Shown here: positions 9,298 to 19,687 of the stretch, one piece after another
Position numbering within the stretch: position 1 is the first letter of the stretch
Layout of the letters: each line of letters opens with the position of its first letter
NCBI GenBank assembly: GCA_902790415.1
Contig: CADARU010000002.1
Span: 1 to 60,973 of the forward strand
From: an uncultured Pseudomonadota bacterium
GTDB lineage: Bacteria > Pseudomonadota > Alphaproteobacteria > Rs-D84
Direction of reading: 5' to 3'
DNA length: 60,973 nt
Program-made: the position numbers and the translations under genes
Notes under the pieces: model-generated
Databases searched by the model: none
Told to the model about the DNA's origin: nothing
Seen by the model: the letters and a program-made list of their open reading frames with translations, nothing else

Positions 9298-10154
9298 ACT
9301 ACATAGAAATTTTCTTGGAAGCATTGGCCGCCGAAAAAGGACGCAGCAAAAACACCCTGGCATCTTACGCAAACGATTTGCGTTTGGCTGATGCGGCCAT
9401 ACCTGGCGGTCTGGTTGGTGCAAACGATACCGCGTTACAAAAGTATTTATCCGGATTGCACGAAAAACCAACATCTGTTTCCCGAAAAACCAGCGCCCTG
9501 CGCAGTTTTTATAAATTTCTAATGTTGGAAAAAATCATAGATGAAAATCCGGCAACAAATTTAGAAACACCCAAACGTGAAAAGATATTACCAAAACTTT
9601 TAACAACCCAAGAAATAGAATTACTAATATCTTCGGCCGGCGACATAAAAACCGCAACACGTTTACGCGCAATGATTGAATTGCTGTACGCATCGGGGTT
9701 GCGTATATCAGAATTGTGTGAATTACCAATAACGGCGATATTGGGCGACCGGCTGTTAATTCATGGCAAAGGTGCCAAAGAACGCATTGTTCCTATGCAC
9801 GAAACCGCCGCATTGGCATTAGATAAATGGATGGAAATTCGTCCAGAATCTAATTCGAAATACGTATTTCCGTCAAGTGGCAAAACCGGACATATAACAC
9901 GCGATGCGTTTTTTAAACTATTAAAAAAGTGCGCAACATTGGCCGGCATAGACCCCACACGTGTCAGCCCACACGTATTGCGCCACTCTTTTGCCTCACA
10001 CCTGTTGGCGCATGGCGCAAACCTGCGCGTAATACAAACAATGTTGGGGCACGAAGATATTTCAACAACCCAAATATATACACATGTTTTGCCCGAAAAA
10101 TTACAACAGGTTGTTGAACAACATCACCCTTTATCAAAGGTAAGTAATAAATGA
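9294..10154 (+). CDS. xerD: Tyrosine recombinase XerD
   Basis: Start moved to MNYIEIFLEALAAEKGRSKNTLASYANDLR, a typical XerD N-terminus. Catalytic region LRHSFASHLLAHGANLRVIQTMLGHEDISTTQIYTHV. Confidence 0.8.
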   Translation: MNYIEIFLEALAAEKGRSKNTLASYANDLRLADAAIPGGLVGANDTALQKYLSGLHEKPTSVSRKTSALRSFYKFLMLEKIIDENPATNLETPKREKILPKLLTTQEIELLISSAGDIKTATRLRAMIELLYASGLRISELCELPITAILGDRLLIHGKGAKERIVPMHETAALALDKWMEIRPESNSKYVFPSSGKTGHITRDAFFKLLKKCATLAGIDPTRVSPHVLRHSFASHLLAHGANLRVIQTMLGHEDISTTQIYTHVLPEKLQQVVEQHHPLSKVSNK

Positions 10155-10645
10155 TTAAAAAATGTGATCATCCGGGCTGTACCAAGGCCGGCGTATGCCG
10201 CGCGCCTAAAACACGCGACTTAAAAGAATATTGGATGTTCTGCAAAGAACATGCGGCCGAATACAATAAAAATTGGAACTATTACGCAAATATGACACCC
10301 GATGAAATAGAAGAAGATTGGGAACGTCAAACATTTGGAAAATCCAGGTCTAAAAATACAAAACAAGACCAGGCCGATTATATAAAATTTTTGAACGATT
10401 TTATTTCTGGGCGCGATACATTTGATAAAATGCCGGCCAAGAAATCATTACCGTCCGAAACCGTTGCGGCATTTAAAACACTTGAATTACCCATTACGGC
10501 ATCTTGGCGTGAAATCGGGGCAAAATACCGCGCATTGGCAAAAAAATACCATCCGGACAGTGCCGGCTCTAAATCTGGTAATGCCGAAAAATTCGCAAAA
10601 ATATCGTCCGCATACCAACATTTAAAAAGGTATTTTGCAAAATAG
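10151..10645 (+). CDS. J-domain protein with Cys-rich N-terminus
   Basis: C-terminal J domain with the HPD motif (YRALAKKYHPDSAG...FAKISSAYQHLK). N-terminal CDHPGC..C...FCKEH. ATGA overlap with xerD. Confidence 0.7.
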   Translation: MIKKCDHPGCTKAGVCRAPKTRDLKEYWMFCKEHAAEYNKNWNYYANMTPDEIEEDWERQTFGKSRSKNTKQDQADYIKFLNDFISGRDTFDKMPAKKSLPSETVAAFKTLELPITASWREIGAKYRALAKKYHPDSAGSKSGNAEKFAKISSAYQHLKRYFAK

Positions 10646-10713
10646 ATATTTTTCTGGCACATTTCCTATTATTGTGCTATGCTGACCGGGATAAAAATCA
10701 TAAAGGAAAGAAA

Positions 10714-11619
10714 ATGCATGATGTAATTATATTAGGTTCAGGACCGGCCGGATTAACGGCGGCACTGTATTGCGGACGCGCCAACAAAGATACATTGGTT
10801 ATGGGGGGCGACACACTGGGGGGCCAAACGGCCGGAATTGCAAAACTGGAAAACTATCCCGGTTGGTGTGGCAGTGGTTTCGAACTGATTGAATTTATGA
10901 AAAAACAGGCCGAATCTTTTGGTGCCAAGATAGAGATGTTGTCGGCCACACACATTGAACATAATTCAGATTCCACATTTACCGTTACCGACAATCATGG
11001 TAAAACACACGATACGCGCGCACTGATTTTGGCCACAGGTGCCGCACCACGTAAATTAGAAATCGAAGGTGCACGCGAATTCTTTGGTCGTGGGGTTTCA
11101 TATTGCGCGACATGCGATGGGTTCTTTTATACCGGCAAAACCGTCTTGGTTATTGGCGGCGGCAATTCCGCATTGAACGATGCGTTGTATTTGGCGGACA
11201 TCGCCAAGACCGTAAAAATCGTTTATCGCAAGGGCGCATTTACCCGGGCCGAAGCAATCCTGCGCGACCGCGTTAACGCCAAAGAAAACATTGAATGTTT
11301 ATTTAATACAGATTTGAAAAAAATATCTGCCAAACCTGATTCTAGCGAAGGCGAACTGATTGCAACAACATTAGATGACCAAGAAATTGTTTGTGATGGG
11401 ATATTTGTTGCCATTGGCCACGAAGCAAACACCGATTATTTAACCGAAGATGTAAAACGTGATGAATTGGGACGTTTGGCACCAAGCGCCCTGCCAATGG
11501 GTATGTTTGTTGCGGGCGATGTTCATTCCGATTTGAAAATGCAAATTGCAACCGCGGTTGGAACAGGGTGTTCCGCGGCAATGGATGCAATCGCCTATTT
11601 AAACAAGAACGCACAATAA
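10714..11619 (+). CDS. trxB: Thioredoxin-disulfide reductase
   Basis: Start moved to MHDVIILGSGPAG (RBS GGAAAG). Redox-active CATCDG and NADPH motif GGGNSA. Confidence 0.9.
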   Translation: MHDVIILGSGPAGLTAALYCGRANKDTLVMGGDTLGGQTAGIAKLENYPGWCGSGFELIEFMKKQAESFGAKIEMLSATHIEHNSDSTFTVTDNHGKTHDTRALILATGAAPRKLEIEGAREFFGRGVSYCATCDGFFYTGKTVLVIGGGNSALNDALYLADIAKTVKIVYRKGAFTRAEAILRDRVNAKENIECLFNTDLKKISAKPDSSEGELIATTLDDQEIVCDGIFVAIGHEANTDYLTEDVKRDELGRLAPSALPMGMFVAGDVHSDLKMQIATAVGTGCSAAMDAIAYLNKNAQ

Positions 11620-11631
11620 AAAGGTATTGTC

Positions 11632-12912
11632 ATGTTGGATATAAAATTTATTCGTGAAAATCCGGATATCGTAAAAAACGCGTGCCGGGTAAAAAACTTT
11701 CCCGATGTTGTGGACAATTTGTTGTCTTTGGATGTGCGCGTTCGCGAATTAAAAACAATCACCCAAACCAAGACCGCAGAAAAGAATAAAATATCACGCG
11801 AAATTCCGACAAGTACCGACAAGGCACCACTTATTGCGAAATCTAAACAAATCAGTGAAGAAATCGCCGCCGATATGGCTGAACTTGCCGAAAAAGAAGC
11901 ACAATTAAACGATTTGATGCATCGCGTACCACAAATTCCTGCGGCCGATGCGCCGATTGGCCCAGACGATTCTGCAAATGTGGAAATTCGCCGCGTTGGC
12001 ACACCACGTAATTTTGATTTCACCCCGCGTCCACAATGGGAATTGTTGGATATGAACGGTTGGTGGATGCCAGAAAAAATTGCGGGTATTTGTGGCACAC
12101 GTGTTTATGCGCTGTGTGGTGAATTGGCGGAATTAGAGTTAGCGGTTCAAACATACGTTATTCAAAAACTTATATCCAAAGGTTTCAAATACATTGAATG
12201 TCCGTCTATATCAAAACCCCAAACCATATTCAATGCGGGACATTTTATGGGGGCTGATTTATCGGTAATGAACGATGATGTATTTATGTTAACTGATACA
12301 GACCGGTGTTTAACGGGTACCGCAGAAATTGTTTTAAATTCTCTGCATGCCGATGAAATCTTGGCCGAAAAAGAATTGCCTATTAAATACGCTGGTTTTT
12401 CACCATGTTTCCGCAAAGAAGCGGGGGCCGCCGGCCGCGACACACGCGGAATTGTTCGCGTACACCAATTTAACAAGGTTGAACAATATGTATTTTGTAC
12501 CCCGGAACAGAGTGATGAAATGCATGAATATTTGTTAAATAATTTGTGTGAAATAATGGAAGATTTGGAATTACCATATCGCGTTATTGCAAATTGTACC
12601 GGCGACATGGGATTCAACAAGGTAAAAATGAACGATGTCGAGGCATGGTTCCCATCCGAAAACACATACCGCGAATTGGGGTCTTGTTCGTCCATTGGTC
12701 AATTCCAGGCACGCAGAACAAATACACGTTACCGTGAAAATGCCACAAATGATGTTAAATTTGTTGCAACATTAAACAATACCGGTATCGCTCTGCCCCG
12801 CGCATTGGTACCAATAATTGAAAATCATCAAAACGCGGATGGCAGTGTGAACATACCAAAAAAATTGCAACCGTTAATGGGCGGCCGCACCAAGATTGGC
12901 GGTAAACACTAA
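11632..12912 (+). CDS. serS: Seryl-tRNA synthetase
   Basis: 426 aa. N-terminal coiled coil; class II motifs including FRKEAGAAGRDTRGIVRVHQFNKVE. Confidence 0.95.
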   Translation: MLDIKFIRENPDIVKNACRVKNFPDVVDNLLSLDVRVRELKTITQTKTAEKNKISREIPTSTDKAPLIAKSKQISEEIAADMAELAEKEAQLNDLMHRVPQIPAADAPIGPDDSANVEIRRVGTPRNFDFTPRPQWELLDMNGWWMPEKIAGICGTRVYALCGELAELELAVQTYVIQKLISKGFKYIECPSISKPQTIFNAGHFMGADLSVMNDDVFMLTDTDRCLTGTAEIVLNSLHADEILAEKELPIKYAGFSPCFRKEAGAAGRDTRGIVRVHQFNKVEQYVFCTPEQSDEMHEYLLNNLCEIMEDLELPYRVIANCTGDMGFNKVKMNDVEAWFPSENTYRELGSCSSIGQFQARRTNTRYRENATNDVKFVATLNNTGIALPRALVPIIENHQNADGSVNIPKKLQPLMGGRTKIGGKH

Positions 12913-12913
12913 A

Positions 12914-12943
12914 TAAAAAATGTCCCAAGTGGGACATTTTTTG
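12914..12943. terminator. Bidirectional intrinsic terminator between serS and the orphan operon
   Basis: AAAAAATGTCCCA-AGT-GGGACATTTTTT: GC stem flanked by an A-run and a T-run. Confidence 0.75.
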
Positions 12944-13438
12944 TTATTTGCCTTTTGCTTGTATTTTTTGCACAAGTTTATTTGAACGATGCTTTCTGGT
13001 CAATGCCTTGGCCGCAACCGCCATGATTTCCATCGCTTGCTCTACACTTTTATTTTGCAATGATTTATCTGTAGATGTTCTATTACGTTCCCAATTTTGA
13101 ACTAAAATGCAAAATTCCATATAATTACGTTCTATTTTTTTATTTTGCATCGCCGGCGCAACGTTTTTAAATATAATCTGGCACGGCTGAATATTTTGTT
13201 TTGCAGCATTTTCATCTGCGTTTGCACATGAAAAATATTTTTTCGGATTTTCACCAATATTCGCCATATAAACTAATGCTTGTATTACATCATTATTATT
13301 TAATATGTTACCGCGTTTTCCAGACAACGCACGTGAGGTCGTAACGTAAAACTCTTCAAACACCATGCCTATAAAATCGTACAACATTGTTTCCATTTCT
13401 GATTTAACCTGCCAAGAAACACCAAATACATTTGCCAT
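12944..13438 (-). CDS. Hypothetical protein (164 aa); N-terminal segment has a histone-fold-like helix-loop-helix motif
   Basis: Fills the gap exactly, 12 nt after the upstream ORF, and shares the terminator. No family recognised. See finding. Confidence 0.55.
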   Translation of the reverse strand: MANVFGVSWQVKSEMETMLYDFIGMVFEEFYVTTSRALSGKRGNILNNNDVIQALVYMANIGENPKKYFSCANADENAAKQNIQPCQIIFKNVAPAMQNKKIERNYMEFCILVQNWERNRTSTDKSLQNKSVEQAMEIMAVAAKALTRKHRSNKLVQKIQAKGK

Positions 13439-13450
13439 TTTTATTTTCCT

Positions 13451-13903
13451 TTATTTTGAAACACGCGTTAAAAAACGTTCTGGTCCTAAGAACAATTCTT
13501 TAAATGTCGCGAATAATTCATTTCCAAATTTGATATTCACCTTTTTGATTGCGTTTGCCAGATTCTTTTCTTCTGTTTCCAAATAGCGCAACCCCATATC
13601 TTTCATTTTTTTGTATTCTTGAACGCAACCGAAAAAGTTTTCAACCGTGGTGCGCACAGACGGACTTATCATAAACAAATCAACAAAATCGAAACCCATC
13701 CAACCATAATTTTTATAAAAATTTGGCAATTTTTCAACATTAACCAAAGATTTGGCGGCGTTAAGCAATTTTTCATACTGTCCCACAGACATTTTGCCGG
13801 CTTTCTTTTTTAATGTCTCGATATAAAAATCAGATATTTTTTTAACGGTATCTGTAATAGATTGTTCGTAATCGATTGGCATATTGTTCATATGTTCCTC
13901 CAT
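13451..13903 (-). CDS. Hypothetical protein (150 aa), first gene of the orphan pair
   Basis: ORF with an AT-rich divergent promoter region toward typA. Predicted helical. No family recognised. Confidence 0.55.
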   Translation of the reverse strand: MEEHMNNMPIDYEQSITDTVKKISDFYIETLKKKAGKMSVGQYEKLLNAAKSLVNVEKLPNFYKNYGWMGFDFVDLFMISPSVRTTVENFFGCVQEYKKMKDMGLRYLETEEKNLANAIKKVNIKFGNELFATFKELFLGPERFLTRVSK

Positions 13904-14025
13904 TTAATTATTGTCGATTATACACAAAAATACATCAATGTCAATTTTTTTACAAAAAAAATACTATAACTTGTTGAAAAATCAAAAATATAGTATAATC
14001 TATGGTCAAAAAAAGGGTTTTTTAT

Positions 14026-15861
14026 ATGAAAATACGTAATATCGCAATTATTGCACACGTTGACCATGGTAAAACAACCTTGGTCGATAATATGTTGAAA
14101 CAGGCCGGCACATTCCGCGAAAACGAACATGTTGAAGACCGCGTTATGGACAGCGGTGATATCGAACGCGAACGCGGTATTACCATTTCTGCAAAACCCA
14201 CTTCTATATTATGGAAGGATTATAAAATTAACATTGTTGACACCCCGGGACACGCCGACTTTGGTGGTGAAGTGGAACGTATTTTATCTATGGTTGATGG
14301 TGTGGTTTTATTGGTGGACAGTGCCGAAGGCCCCCTGCCCCAGACCAAGTTCGTTTTATCCAAGGCATTAAAATTGGGATTGCGTCCTATTGTATGTATC
14401 AACAAAGTTGACCGCAGCGATGCGCGCCCCGAAGAAGTTTTATCAGAAACATTTGATTTATTTGATAAATTAGATGCAACAGATGCCCAGTTGGATTTTC
14501 CTTATTTGTACGCGGTTGGACGTGATGGTTGGGCGGTTCGTGATTTGAACGATGAACACAAAGATTTAACACCGCTGTTTCAACTGATTGTTGATCACGT
14601 GCCGGCACCCGATTGCAACGGCGAACGTTGTCAACTGGATGCGCCGTTTACGATGCTGGCAACGACATTGGAATCAGACCCTTATGTTGGACGAATATTG
14701 ACCGGAAAAATTGAATCTGGGACCGTTCGCGTTGGCCAGGCCGTCAAGGCAATAAACATGAACGGCGAATTCATTGAAAACGCAAAAATTACAAAAATTA
14801 TCGAACATCGCGGTATTGAAAAAATCTCCCGCGACAGCGCATCTGCCGGCGACATTGTCGTTATTGCTGGATTTTCTAAGGCAACTGTGGCAGATACCCT
14901 GTGCGACCCATCGGTTGACACACCAATCCCGGCAATGCCGATTGACCCACCAACCCTGACCATGACGTTTTTTGTAAACACATCGCCATTGGCAGGACAA
15001 AGTGGTAAAAAATTAACATCACGTATGATTGGTGACCGCCTGTTTAAAGAAGCCGAAACAAATATCGCCCTGCGCGTTACACAGAGTGAGAACAAAGAAT
15101 CTTTCGAAGTTTCCGGTCGCGGTGAATTACAGTTGGGGATTTTAATTGAAACGATGCGCCGCGAAGGTTTTGAATTAAGTGTATCGCGTCCACGCGTTGT
15201 TATGAAAACTGGACCAAACGGTGAACAACTGGAACCAATCGAAGAAGTTGTTGTTGACGTTGATGACGAATTTAGCGGTGTTGTTATTGAAAAAATGACC
15301 AAGCGCAAGGCAACAATTACCGAAATGAAGGCATCTGGTGGTGGCAAAACCCGTATCGTATTTTCGGCACCATCACGCGGCTTGATTGGATACCTGTCCG
15401 AATTCAGAACCGATACACGTGGCACCGGTATTATGAACCGTATGTTTTCTGAATACGGTCCATATCGTGGTCCAATTATCCAATATCGTCCAGGGGTTTT
15501 GGTGTCCATGGAAAAAGGTTCAACCGCAACATACGCGTTGCACAATTTGGAACCGCGCGGCGTTTTGTTCGTTGGTCCACAAACCGAAGTTTATTCCGGT
15601 ATGATTATTGGTGAACACAGCAAAGAAAACGATTTAGAGGTTAACCCGGTCAAAGGTAAAGAATTAACCAACGTTCGCAGTGTAACCGCCGATGAAAAAT
15701 TGTTCTTGGCACCGCCACGTAAAATGTCTTTGGAAGAAGCGTTATCTTATATCCAAGATGATGAATTGGTTGAAGTAACACCGGCCACAATCCGTTTACG
15801 CAAAAAAGAATTAGACAGTGGTAAACGTAAAAAGTTGGCCCGCAGTAAAGACGAAATGTAA
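14026..15861 (+). CDS. typA: Translational GTPase TypA/BipA
   Basis: Start moved to MKIRNIAIIAHVDHGKTTLVD. DTPGHADFGGEVER motif and EF-G-like domain order. Confidence 0.9.
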   Translation: MKIRNIAIIAHVDHGKTTLVDNMLKQAGTFRENEHVEDRVMDSGDIERERGITISAKPTSILWKDYKINIVDTPGHADFGGEVERILSMVDGVVLLVDSAEGPLPQTKFVLSKALKLGLRPIVCINKVDRSDARPEEVLSETFDLFDKLDATDAQLDFPYLYAVGRDGWAVRDLNDEHKDLTPLFQLIVDHVPAPDCNGERCQLDAPFTMLATTLESDPYVGRILTGKIESGTVRVGQAVKAINMNGEFIENAKITKIIEHRGIEKISRDSASAGDIVVIAGFSKATVADTLCDPSVDTPIPAMPIDPPTLTMTFFVNTSPLAGQSGKKLTSRMIGDRLFKEAETNIALRVTQSENKESFEVSGRGELQLGILIETMRREGFELSVSRPRVVMKTGPNGEQLEPIEEVVVDVDDEFSGVVIEKMTKRKATITEMKASGGGKTRIVFSAPSRGLIGYLSEFRTDTRGTGIMNRMFSEYGPYRGPIIQYRPGVLVSMEKGSTATYALHNLEPRGVLFVGPQTEVYSGMIIGEHSKENDLEVNPVKGKELTNVRSVTADEKLFLAPPRKMSLEEALSYIQDDELVEVTPATIRLRKKELDSGKRKKLARSKDEM

Positions 15862-15867
15862 AAATAG

Positions 15868-15893
15868 TACCGCCCAAACGGGCGGTATTTTTA
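15868..15893 (+). terminator. Intrinsic terminator after typA
   Basis: TACCGCCC-AAAC-GGGCGGTA followed by TTTTT. Confidence 0.8.
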
Positions 15894-15975
15894 TTTGCCA
15901 ACAATTATATATTTTTGCTGTTGAACCAGCCACCCGAACAAGATATAATTCCTAAGACCAATCCGGAGGTAATTT

Positions 15976-16851
15976 ATGACTAATCAACCATTGATGAGTG
16001 TTGTTATTCCAATGTACAATGCATCGGCATTTATACATAAGACGCTGGAACAATTAACCCATCAAACATATAAAAACATTGAAATAATCATTGTTGACGA
16101 TGGTGGCACAGATAATTCTGTTGATATTGTTAGGCAATATGCAAAACACGACAAGCGCATAAAACTAATAAAACAGAAAAATGCCGGGGTATCTGTGGCA
16201 TCTAATACCGGTATCAAGGCCGCAACAGGCAAATATGTTTGTATTCACGACCACGATGATTTTGTAAATCTAGAATATTTTGAAAAAATGGCAAATGCCG
16301 CAAAATTAACAGATGCCGATGTCTTATGCGGCGAAGTTAATGAACCTGGCTGGTCTTTCCCAGAATTTAAATTCATTGAAATTGCAACATCTATGGCCGA
16401 CAAAATTCAAATGACACACGCAAACGCATTTAACTGTGCATGGCGATATGCATATAAAACATCTTTCTTGAAAAAAACAAAATTATTGTTTGAGCTATCT
16501 GTTTGTGGTGCCCAAGATGTGATATTTTCTAAATCTGCCATTGTTTTAGCAGAACGTGTTGCAACCGTCCCGGGTGCGGTTTATACGGTTCGCGACCAAC
16601 CGACATCATTGGGTAAAAACAAAAAACGCAAAGCGGCAGGTGTTAGCGCAGAAACCGCCAAGGCATGGCGCAGATACAATGAACTGATTACCAAATATGG
16701 CGCCAAAGAACTGTTAAACGCGCCGGACAAACCGACACGAATTAACACATTTAAAATATTTAATCGCGTGATAACCCGGGTAGAAATATTCCCTCGCAAA
16801 AAGAGATTTTTCATTTTTGGCATAAATATCGGAACCAAACATATGGATTGA
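15976..16851 (+). CDS. Family 2 glycosyltransferase
   Basis: MSVVIPMYNASAFIHKTLEQLTHQTYKNIEIIIVDDGGTDNS and a DHDD acidic motif. Confidence 0.8.
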   Translation: MTNQPLMSVVIPMYNASAFIHKTLEQLTHQTYKNIEIIIVDDGGTDNSVDIVRQYAKHDKRIKLIKQKNAGVSVASNTGIKAATGKYVCIHDHDDFVNLEYFEKMANAAKLTDADVLCGEVNEPGWSFPEFKFIEIATSMADKIQMTHANAFNCAWRYAYKTSFLKKTKLLFELSVCGAQDVIFSKSAIVLAERVATVPGAVYTVRDQPTSLGKNKKRKAAGVSAETAKAWRRYNELITKYGAKELLNAPDKPTRINTFKIFNRVITRVEIFPRKKRFFIFGINIGTKHMD

Positions 16852-16855
16852 TTCC

Positions 16856-17758
16856 ATGTTGCAAGTAACAAAAAAATTATGTAAATTAAACAAGATGAAA
16901 CAAACTAAACACGATATTAAAAGATTATTTCTTTTTGCCGGATACGACAAAGATGGAATCATTGATGATTCATTGGTGTATTATGTAAAGCATTTGTCTC
17001 TCTTTGGTGATGTTGTTCTGTTTACAGATTGCGATTGTTCCGCCCAAGAATTGGACAAGGTTAAGTCATATTGCATGTATGCATCCGCTGCCCGCCATGG
17101 TGAATATGATTTTGGTTCTTATAAACGCGCTTATTTATGGGCAACAGAAAACCTGAATTTGCAAGATTATGATTTTGTGTATTTGGTAAATGATTCTGTA
17201 TATGGGCCATTTTTTGATTTGGGAAAATATTTCCAAGAAATGGAATCATGGAATTCTGATGCTTTTGGTATGGTTGATAAAATTGGCGGACATGGGCCAC
17301 ATATACAATCGTGGTTTATTGGTATGCGGCCAAGTGTATTTTTATCCGCATGGTTTGATGAATTTATAAAATCTGTAAAACACGAACAAAAGAAATCCGA
17401 TGTTGCGGTTATTTATGAAACAGGTTTTAGCCGTAAATTAAACGCGCATAAAATACCATACAAATGTATCTATTCTGTACGAGGGCGTGGTGTGTACAAC
17501 AAGGTGCGCGCACTGTATAACAAAAAAATGCCGTTTATGAAAAAGGTTGCTTTTATTCGTCATGATGGCGGATTGGCCGGTCAAATAAAATATGTTTTGA
17601 ATCACTTATCGCCAGAATTGCGCGAAATTATTTTGAAATCTGCATACCGGGTATATGGTACCGATGTTGTAGGTGGTGTCTTGACACGCGGCCGGTTTGC
17701 AAACGCAATACGCAAAATAAAATACGCATTAAAAAAAGTTATTAAGGGACAGATATGA
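16856..17758 (+). CDS. Rhamnan-synthesis-protein-F (RgpF)-like polysaccharide biosynthesis protein
   Basis: LFLFAGYDKDGIIDDSLVYYVKHL, YDFVYLVNDSVYGPF and HIQSWFIGMRP resemble the RgpF family. An alternative start is at 16895 (MKQTKH). Confidence 0.5.
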   Translation: MLQVTKKLCKLNKMKQTKHDIKRLFLFAGYDKDGIIDDSLVYYVKHLSLFGDVVLFTDCDCSAQELDKVKSYCMYASAARHGEYDFGSYKRAYLWATENLNLQDYDFVYLVNDSVYGPFFDLGKYFQEMESWNSDAFGMVDKIGGHGPHIQSWFIGMRPSVFLSAWFDEFIKSVKHEQKKSDVAVIYETGFSRKLNAHKIPYKCIYSVRGRGVYNKVRALYNKKMPFMKKVAFIRHDGGLAGQIKYVLNHLSPELREIILKSAYRVYGTDVVGGVLTRGRFANAIRKIKYALKKVIKGQI

Positions 17759-18591
17759 ATAAACAAAAGAAAGTCGCCGTAATAACTATGGCGCGAAACG
17801 ATGAATTTTTCCTGGGGCGTTGGATAAAATATTACAGTGAACAATTCGGTCAAGAAAACCTGTATATTATACTGGACGGCCTTGACCAAGATTCACCAAA
17901 AAATGCCGAAAACGTTAATATTATTAAACTGGAACATCATGAAATGTCGCGCATTGCCGGCGATAAATACAGAATTACTAAATTAACCGATTTGGCACAT
18001 GAATTATTAAAAAAATATGACCTGGTTATCGGATGCGATTGTGACGAGTTTTTAATTGTTGACCCAAAGACAGGAAAATCATTGGCACAATACCTGGGCG
18101 AAATAAAAATAAAGACATCTGTATCCGGAATCGGGTTGGACGTTGGTCAAAATCTGAACACAGAATCAGAATTAAATCAAAAAAAACCTATATTGGAACA
18201 ACGTGAATATGCCCTGCTCTCTACCCGATATACAAAGCCGGTTGTCATAAACCGCCCTGTTAATTGGGGCAGCGGTTTCCACCGCATCAAAGGCCATAAT
18301 TTTCATTTGGATAAAAATTTATATCTGTTGCATTTTGGTGCGGTTGATTTAGAAATGTTAAAAACCAAGGCGCGCAAACGTGGTGCTGATTGGTTAAACC
18401 ATTTGGAACGCCGTGGTAATGGCACAATAAATGCCGTAACAACCAAATACGCACATGGCGAAACATTTATAAAACTTGCACGTATTATGCAAAGAATTTT
18501 CCGTCCAATCTATGCATTGGATAAACCAGGGATGCTTGGAATTAAGTGGGTTGTACGCGTTCCAACAAGGTTTATAAAAACAAGGATATAA
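17755..18591 (+). CDS. Putative glycosyltransferase (GT2-like fold)
   Basis: VAVITMARNDEFFLGRWIKYY...YIILDGLDQ...GCDCDEFL (DxD-like). ATGA overlap with the upstream gene. Confidence 0.5.
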   Translation: MNKQKKVAVITMARNDEFFLGRWIKYYSEQFGQENLYIILDGLDQDSPKNAENVNIIKLEHHEMSRIAGDKYRITKLTDLAHELLKKYDLVIGCDCDEFLIVDPKTGKSLAQYLGEIKIKTSVSGIGLDVGQNLNTESELNQKKPILEQREYALLSTRYTKPVVINRPVNWGSGFHRIKGHNFHLDKNLYLLHFGAVDLEMLKTKARKRGADWLNHLERRGNGTINAVTTKYAHGETFIKLARIMQRIFRPIYALDKPGMLGIKWVVRVPTRFIKTRI

Positions 18592-18592
18592 A

Positions 18593-19687
18593 ATGGCAAA
18601 AGTATCTGTGATTGTACCTGTTTATAATGTTGCGCAATACTTAGACAAATGTATTTTGTCCCTGGTGGCGCAAACCCTGCACGATATAGAAATAATTTGC
18701 ATAAATGATTGCAGTACAGACAACAGTTACGAAATCTTGAAGAAATACGCCGCGCAAGATGAACGAATAACAGTTTTGCAAACCAAAAAGAATTCCGGCC
18801 TATCAAGTGCGCGCAACCTTGGACTAACAGCGATACACTCGGATTATATCATGTTCTGCGACAGTGATGACTGGTATGAACCAACAATGTGCCAAGATAT
18901 GTTCGATTTAATTACAAAACACAAAGCAGAACTTGGTATATGTAGCATGAATACCGTATCAGAAACAGGCAAAAGTATAAACAATAACGACAAACGTTTC
19001 ATTTTACCGGAGGGTGTTTTTGCCCCTAACGCCCCTCAACTGGCCAATACCAGTGTTGCCGTATGTATGCGAATTATTCGTCGCGATATAATTGACAAGA
19101 ATAATATTGTTTTTCCAATAGGACTAAAATACGAAGACACCTATTTTTCTAATGTTTATAAATTATATACAACCAAGGTCGCAACAACTTCAAAAAAACT
19201 GTATAACTATCGAATTCGTGGCGGTTCAATTATGAATTTGACATCCAGTGGTCAAACAAATTCATCGCTAGATTTTGCAAAAGTTGCCATACAATATTTT
19301 AATTATTTAAAAGCGCACAAACTTTATACCCAAGAATACTTTAATTTCTGGACAGATTTATTTATATATTATGCACAAAACGCATTGATGTATACAAAAA
19401 ACAAGGTATACATGCGTGAACTTGATAAGATTTTAACAGACTTTATATCAAAAAATTATGTTTTTGGCACAACAACACCGCGCACAGATTACACGATGTC
19501 TTTGATACTGGATGGAAATTTGATGCGCAGAAAAAAATATCTGTTTGGTTTATTTCAAACATATCGCGAAAGCACCAAAACAGAATATTGTTTATGGAAA
19601 ATCTCGGTATTCAAGATTAAATATTTGGAACACGTAACTAAATATTATTTATTCGGTTTATGCATATACAAAAAGGATGTGAAATGA
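18593..19687 (+). CDS. Family 2 glycosyltransferase
   Basis: KVSVIVPVYNVAQYLDKCILSLVAQTLHDIEIICINDCSTDNS...LSSARNLGL...FCDSDD. Confidence 0.8.
   Translation: MAKVSVIVPVYNVAQYLDKCILSLVAQTLHDIEIICINDCSTDNSYEILKKYAAQDERITVLQTKKNSGLSSARNLGLTAIHSDYIMFCDSDDWYEPTMCQDMFDLITKHKAELGICSMNTVSETGKSINNNDKRFILPEGVFAPNAPQLANTSVAVCMRIIRRDIIDKNNIVFPIGLKYEDTYFSNVYKLYTTKVATTSKKLYNYRIRGGSIMNLTSSGQTNSSLDFAKVAIQYFNYLKAHKLYTQEYFNFWTDLFIYYAQNALMYTKNKVYMRELDKILTDFISKNYVFGTTTPRTDYTMSLILDGNLMRRKKYLFGLFQTYRESTKTEYCLWKISVFKIKYLEHVTKYYLFGLCIYKKDVK

Noticed and set aside
11595-12098. 167-aa minus-strand ORF
   Set aside because: Antisense to serS and overlaps the trxB end. No RBS or motifs.
14682-15545. 287-aa minus-strand ORF
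   Set aside because: Antisense to typA. The Ser/Pro/Ile-rich translation is typical of the antisense frame.
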